DNA of 63,800 bases, filler included, from Octopus bimaculoides (lineage: Eukaryota): NCBI RefSeq assembly GCF_001194135.2. It is 6 parts of 6 records of this genome, joined end to end, with 100 filler letters (N's around TTAATTAATTAA, not from the genome) between each part and the next. Parts side by side here need not be neighbours in the genome. Positions count along the whole stretch, not along the records: positions 57,968 to 62,596 come from NC_068999.1; positions 62,697 to 63,800 come from NW_026364875.1; 4 more parts are not named here. The stretch is one strand, 5' to 3'. Under the pieces are notes generated by a model. That model saw only the letters and a program-made list of their open reading frames with translations, was not told the DNA's origin and ran no database searches. Position 1 is the first letter of the stretch. Each line of letters begins with the position of its first letter. A program made the position numbers and the translations under genes. Positions 58,572 to 63,800 of this stretch are shown piece by piece.

Positions 58572-60469
58572 NNNNNNNNNNNNNNNNNNNNNNNNNNNNN
58601 NNNNNNNNNNNNNNNNNNNNNNNNNNNNNNNNNNNNNNNNNNNNNNNNNNNNNNNNNNNNNNNNNNNNNNNNNNNNNNNNNNNNNNNNNNNNNNNNNNNN
58701 NNNNNNNNNNNNNNNNNNNNNNNNNNNNNNNNNNNNNNNNNNNNNNNNNNNNNNNNNNNNNNNNNNNNNNNNNNNNNNNNNNNNNNNNNNNNNNNNNNNN
58801 NNNNNNNNNNNNNNNNNNNNNNNNNNNNNNNNNNNNNNNNNNNNNNNNNNNNNNNNNNNNNNNNNNNNNNNNNNNNNNNNNNNNNNNNNNNNNNNNNNNN
58901 NNNNNNNNNNNNNNNNNNNNNNNNNNNNNNNNNNNNNNNNNNNNNNNNNNNNNNNNNNNNNNNNNNNNNNNNNNNNNNNNNNNNNNNNNNNNNNNNNNNN
59001 NNNNNNNNNNNNNNNNNNNNNNNNNNNNNNNNNNNNNNNNNNNNNNNNNNNNNNNNNNNNNNNNNNNNNNNNNNNNNNNNNNNNNNNNNNNNNNNNNNNN
59101 NNNNNNNNNNNNNNNNNNNNNNNNNNNNNNNNNNNNNNNNNNNNNNNNNNNNNNNNNNNNNNNNNNNNNNNNNNNNNNNNNNNNNNNNNNNNNNNNNNNN
59201 NNNNNNNNNNNNNNNNNNNNNNNNNNNNNNNNNNNNNNNNNNNNNNNNNNNNNNNNNNNNNNNNNNNNNNNNNNNNNNNNNNNNNNNNNNNNNNNNNNNN
59301 NNNNNNNNNNNNNNNNNNNNNNNNNNNNNNNNNNNNNNNNNNNNNNNNNNNNNNNNNNNNNNNNNNNNNNNNNNNNNNNNNNNNNNNNNNNNNNNNNNNN
59401 NNNNNNNNNNNNNNNNNNNNNNNNNNNNNTATATATATGTACACATACATTCATACATACATCTTAAATTATTCACTACAATACGTTGTCACACGCATGC
59501 ACATACACACACAACCTTATTGATGGAAGTTTGAGTGGCTGTATATTATTACACTATTCATCTTAGGGAGACCTTGTTTTCTCTTTTCTGAGCCGATGAC
59601 TAATTTCCCTTCAGTTCCACCCACGCAGGTATAAAATCTGATGTTTATTTTCTACTGTTTGTTCAAATAAAATTCTAAATACATATATTTATTCATATTT
59701 AGTATATTCTCTTATTATAAAAATACTAATAAATATTTCTGAAACTGGGTTCGTGAAATTAACTAACATTTCATATACGTCATTAGATATCCCTCGTTAT
59801 ATATCGAGACGCTTGTTTGAAATTATTAATTGATTTAGAATCGTCATCCACCCGATAAACTACAATCTTTTTCTGTGTAGGTCGTTTCGATCACAATGCT
59901 GTGATGGATTTCAGGTCATATAAATAGTAATATATTTGTTTAAAATTTGCAACAATGCCAACAATTGCGGAGAAAGGGATAAGTCGATTTCATCAATTTT
60001 ATTAGTCAACTGTGCCATATTTTATCCAGCCCTAATGACAGGTTTTGGACTCGGAACATAAAGAAGTACGAAAAACGACCACATGTTTCGCCCGGCAGGC
60101 TGACGATTTTTGCAGCTTATTAACTTTTCATGTAAATATATTGAAGTAACCTAGACGCATGGCACCTAATTTTGGGGAAGCGAACATCTTTGCCCTACGG
60201 AACTCTTACAACTGGGTGTAGTAATATACTTGCATAAACGTAAGTCGGCAAGTTTTTAGATAGCGAAGAGTTTATGTCGACAGAGGAGATTTGAATTCTA
60301 ATCCCACGACCAACCTTCAAATTTTTAAAAGGAATATGTTTCTTTCCATGGAATTGTTACGTTGTATTATTTACATGTCTATGTGCTCGTACTGAAATGA
60401 AAACAAATTGACATTAAGACGCATATCTGCCATGGAATAACACCAGTTGTCAAAAGATACTTAACATAT

Positions 60470-60640
60470 ACTATCTCTTCTATCTGCTTCATAACCTCTC
60501 CCGACGGTATCGGTAGCCCGTCCATGCATTTGATTTTGCCTCTCTTCAACACTGACACACCACAATTTTTCAGTCATAAACTCCATTCTGATATTTCTCT
60601 TGAGTAAACACTACATTCCTCGCAATTCCAAACATATCTA
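60470..60640 (-). mobile_element. R4/Dong-like RT C-terminal fragment
   Basis: IRMEF..EK..V..LKRGKIKCMDGLPIPSGEVMKQIEE; bounded by (ATT)n. Confidence 0.55.
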
Positions 60641-60697
60641 TTATTATTATTATCACCATCATTATTGTTTTTATTATTATTAATATTATTATTATTA

Positions 60698-60789
<92 letters not shown>

Positions 60790-61007
60790 ATTATTGTTCA
60801 GTAGTTTTATTTTTATAAGGTGCTTTCACTTCACTACCGATCGCAGCTCTGTGCGCCTTGGGTATGTGCTGTGGTTCGCTGTGGTGCTCTCATGTTTCCT
60901 GTATTGAAAGTGTTTTGCGAAGAATGTGTGCAGTACTCAGTAGTGCAATTTTCTGTATGTTATATATATTTGTAAGTCCTGGTGTTTTTGTTATGTATTT
61001 GTCTGAA

Positions 61008-61060
<53 letters not shown>

Positions 61061-61376
61061 NNNNNNNNNNNNNNNNNNNNNNNNNNNNNNNNNNNNNNNN
61101 NNNNNNNNNNNNNNNNNNNNNNNNNNNNNNNNNNNNNNNNNNNNNNNNNNNNNNNNNNNNNNNNNNNNNNNNNNNNNNNNNNNNNNNNNNNNNNNNNNNN
61201 NNNNNNNNNNNNNNNNNNNNNNNNNNNNNNNNNNNNNNNNNNNNNNNNNNNNNNNNNNNNNNNNNNNNNNNNNNNNNNNNNNNNNNNNNNNNNNNNNNNN
61301 NNNNNNTCCACATTCGAGTTATCTCTATTTCCAGGTCTTTGTATTTTGAAAGTTTTTCCATTTCTTTTAGAGAATA
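60790..61376 (-). mobile_element. R4/Dong-like 3' fragments embedded in (TAA)n arrays
   Basis: 61306-61376 reads KEMEKLSKYKDLEIEITRMW. 60790-61008 reads SDKYITKTPGLTNIYNIQKIALLSTAHILRKTLSIQ plus a 3'-UTR. (ATT)n lies on both sides and between them. The same 3' end also occurs at 16230-16270. Confidence 0.8.
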
Positions 61377-61382
61377 TTATTA

Positions 61383-61459
<77 letters not shown>

Positions 61460-61491
61460 ATTATTAATATTATTATTATTATTGTTGTTTA

Positions 61492-61920
61492 TGGCGCAGG
61501 AAGAAGTGCTTAGTAATATTTCGACCGTCGCTACGTTCTGGCTTCAGATTCCGCCAAGGTCGACTTTTCCACCCATGCTTTCGCGGGTCGAACCTATTAA
61601 GTACCAGAGAAACACTGGGGTCGACGTAATCGACTACTAACCTACCCCACAAAATTCCAGGCCTTGTGCTTGAAATAAAAATGTTTATCATTAAAGCAAT
61701 GAGCTAGCAGAAATGTTAGAACGCTGAGCGAAATTCTTACTGGTATTTCGTCCGTCGTCACGTTCTGAATTGAAATTCCACCGAGGTTGACTTTGAATTT
61801 CATTCTTTCGGGGTCAACTAAATAAGTACCAGTTGAGCACTGGGACTGATGCAATCGACTTACGGCCTCTACGAAATTGCTGGCCCTGGGCTAAAATTCT
61901 AAATCATTATTATTATTAGT
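61492..61920 (+). mobile_element. Two tandem family A SINEs (61492-61680, 61698-61920)
   Basis: Both carry the CCGAGGTCGACTTT...GGGGTCGA...AAGTACCAG...CACTGGGGTCGA core. Confidence 0.75.
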
Positions 61921-62560
61921 ACCATTATTTTCGTTACTATGTTCGATATGACATTGATTGCTTCGCTATCACATGTCTGGTTCAGTGAATAATATCTGAC
62001 ACCATACCATTAAAATTGATAGAGTCTAAATGATGAAATAAACTACATATTTGAGTCAGTAAATCTAATTTATTAACGTTTATTTCGAATTTCATATAGT
62101 ATTAAACATTTTTTTTTTATTTGATAGCATAAATTGCAAAGTTTGTTTTATTTTCTTACAATGAGTTCTTTCTACATATTTTTCTCATTAATTATATTTC
62201 GTTTAGATCTGCTGATATGCATCTGAAATCGTGAAAATTGCATCTGTTTCAACATCATCCATTATATAGAAACAAAAGAAAAAAAATAAACACTACAAAA
62301 AACAAACGTCTAACCAGACGCCTGAAAGCTATTTTTGCGATCAACACAAGTGTCTTGGCTTATTATATGGCGAATAGAACCATCTGTTAGGTTTACCATT
62401 AAATTAAAGTAAAGATATCTAACTTGTGCGTTTACATGTTTTTTTTTCTTTCAGTTATTCACTCACAATCTCGTTATATATATATGTGTATGTATGTATA
62501 ACACACCACACACACATATCTTTATGTATGCATGTATATGTATATATGTATATATGTATG

Positions 62561-62593
<33 letters not shown>

Positions 62594-62596
62594 ATA

Positions 62597-62696
62597 NNNN
62601 NNNNNNNNNNNNNNNNNNNNNNNNNNNNNNNNNNNNNNNNTTAATTAATTAANNNNNNNNNNNNNNNNNNNNNNNNNNNNNNNNNNNNNNNNNNNN
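62597..62696. other. Artificial scaffold gap with TTAATTAATTAA linker
   Basis: 44 N + linker (62641-62652) + 44 N. Confidence 0.95.
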
Positions 62697-63800
62697 TATA
62701 TATATATGTATGTATGTATGTGTGTGTGTGTGTGTGTTTATACACTCATATAAAGATGCGAATACACATATGCATACATCCACACAGATATTTTGTAATT
62801 AAATGTTTTTTACTGCAAACACAACTGCTGTATAAGTCACTCTTACATACTACAGTTTATACTCCATTCACATGATAGACCCAAGCATATAACTAGTATC
62901 TAACCGTCTTCCATTCCCAGTTGAATTCACTTTTTTAAAGATTATCCTAGTCCATAGAACTCTTCCAGAGAGTTCTTTATTCTATTAAACTGAGTCTTTT
63001 CACTAGACAAGATCTCCAGATATCTACACGGCCCATCTCTTACCAAATCCTTTGATATTATAACCAAGATGATACAAAAAATGTTCCGAAAAATCCGAGA
63101 AAAAACGGGAACATTCCATGGAGGCTTACCTTCGCTACCTTTGTGGTGTCTGCTTGTTATCCATTAAGTGCAATACTAAACCGTATAGGGAGTGGCTACA
63201 AGATTGGGAGCATTAAAGACAGTTTCTAGTTCTGTGTGAAATTCATCAAACTATATGTCAAGTTATAAAATTTGCTAGAAAATATTTTCCAGGCTATAGA
63301 GCATCAGTATAGATTTTGGGCTTGAGAACTGCACTAAGGCCAATGTAAAAAAAATAATCCTGATATTAAAGAGGTTGTGATCAAAAAAGTTTATAAACAA
63401 AATTCTGACATAGTATTAATTAAAACAAAATAATTATGTCGATGAAAGTAATAGGATATATAATTTTGACACAAATAGGTTAATAAGTTAATGAGAATAA
63501 AATTACTGTGTTCATGAAAATTAATTATTATAAAACTAAAATTATTAAATGAGTATGCAAGTAATTAAGAAATTTTGAGATAGGTACAATTTTGATACAT
63601 CGAATAATTCAACCGTCACCCGTGAACGAATATGTCTTGGTAACATGTACCATGCTTTCTCTAATCGTTTTAGGTGTCTGTGTAGTTCTAAGACATAGAG
63701 GCCCTCTCGACTCTTCGGCTTTTTAAACAAGTAAAAGTAATTATGTAAAAGTATATGTATTATGATTGACCGTTGACTGAACACTATTCAATTTTTTTTC

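Noticed and set aside
6957-59534. Long ORFs of 200-390 aa in the track (e.g. 6957-8048, 26159-27337, 33959-34945, 58509-59534)
   Set aside because: They consist of X from N-runs plus (TA)n/(CA)n translations and carry no coding information.

Overview
Eukaryotic, AT-rich, gap-riddled draft-assembly sequence. It is most likely a cephalopod (Octopus-like); this is inferred from the SINE families and repeat landscape, not from a database search. The window is almost entirely transposable-element debris and microsatellite. It contains a full-length but dead mariner (1061-2353), a second Tc1/mariner fragment and Helitron pieces. The non-LTR retrotransposon remnants come from at least four clades: two RTE families, R4/Dong-like, CRE-like and Penelope-like. 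There are several tRNA-derived SINE families and dispersed RTE 3'-UTR copies. Nearly all long ORFs in the track are artefacts of N-runs or microsatellites. No complete host gene can be built; there is one well-formed orphan 60-nt exon (23822-23881) and a few weaker exon candidates. The most interesting signal is non-coding. Several short elements carry minimal hammerhead-ribozyme cores (CUGANGA / stem II / GAAA / palindromic stem III / NUH) whose palindromes differ and co-vary (TCCGGA-TA, CTCGAG-TC, CGGCCG-TA, CCACGTGA-TT). They are often attached to perfect fold-back arms or internal inversions. This architecture matches Penelope-like pseudo-LTRs or non-autonomous retrozyme-like elements. Also notable are an RTE ORF ending in three tandem C2H2 zinc fingers and an RTE with a PHD-like finger embedded after the RT core. 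Five 100-bp gaps carry an artificial TTAATTAATTAA linker.
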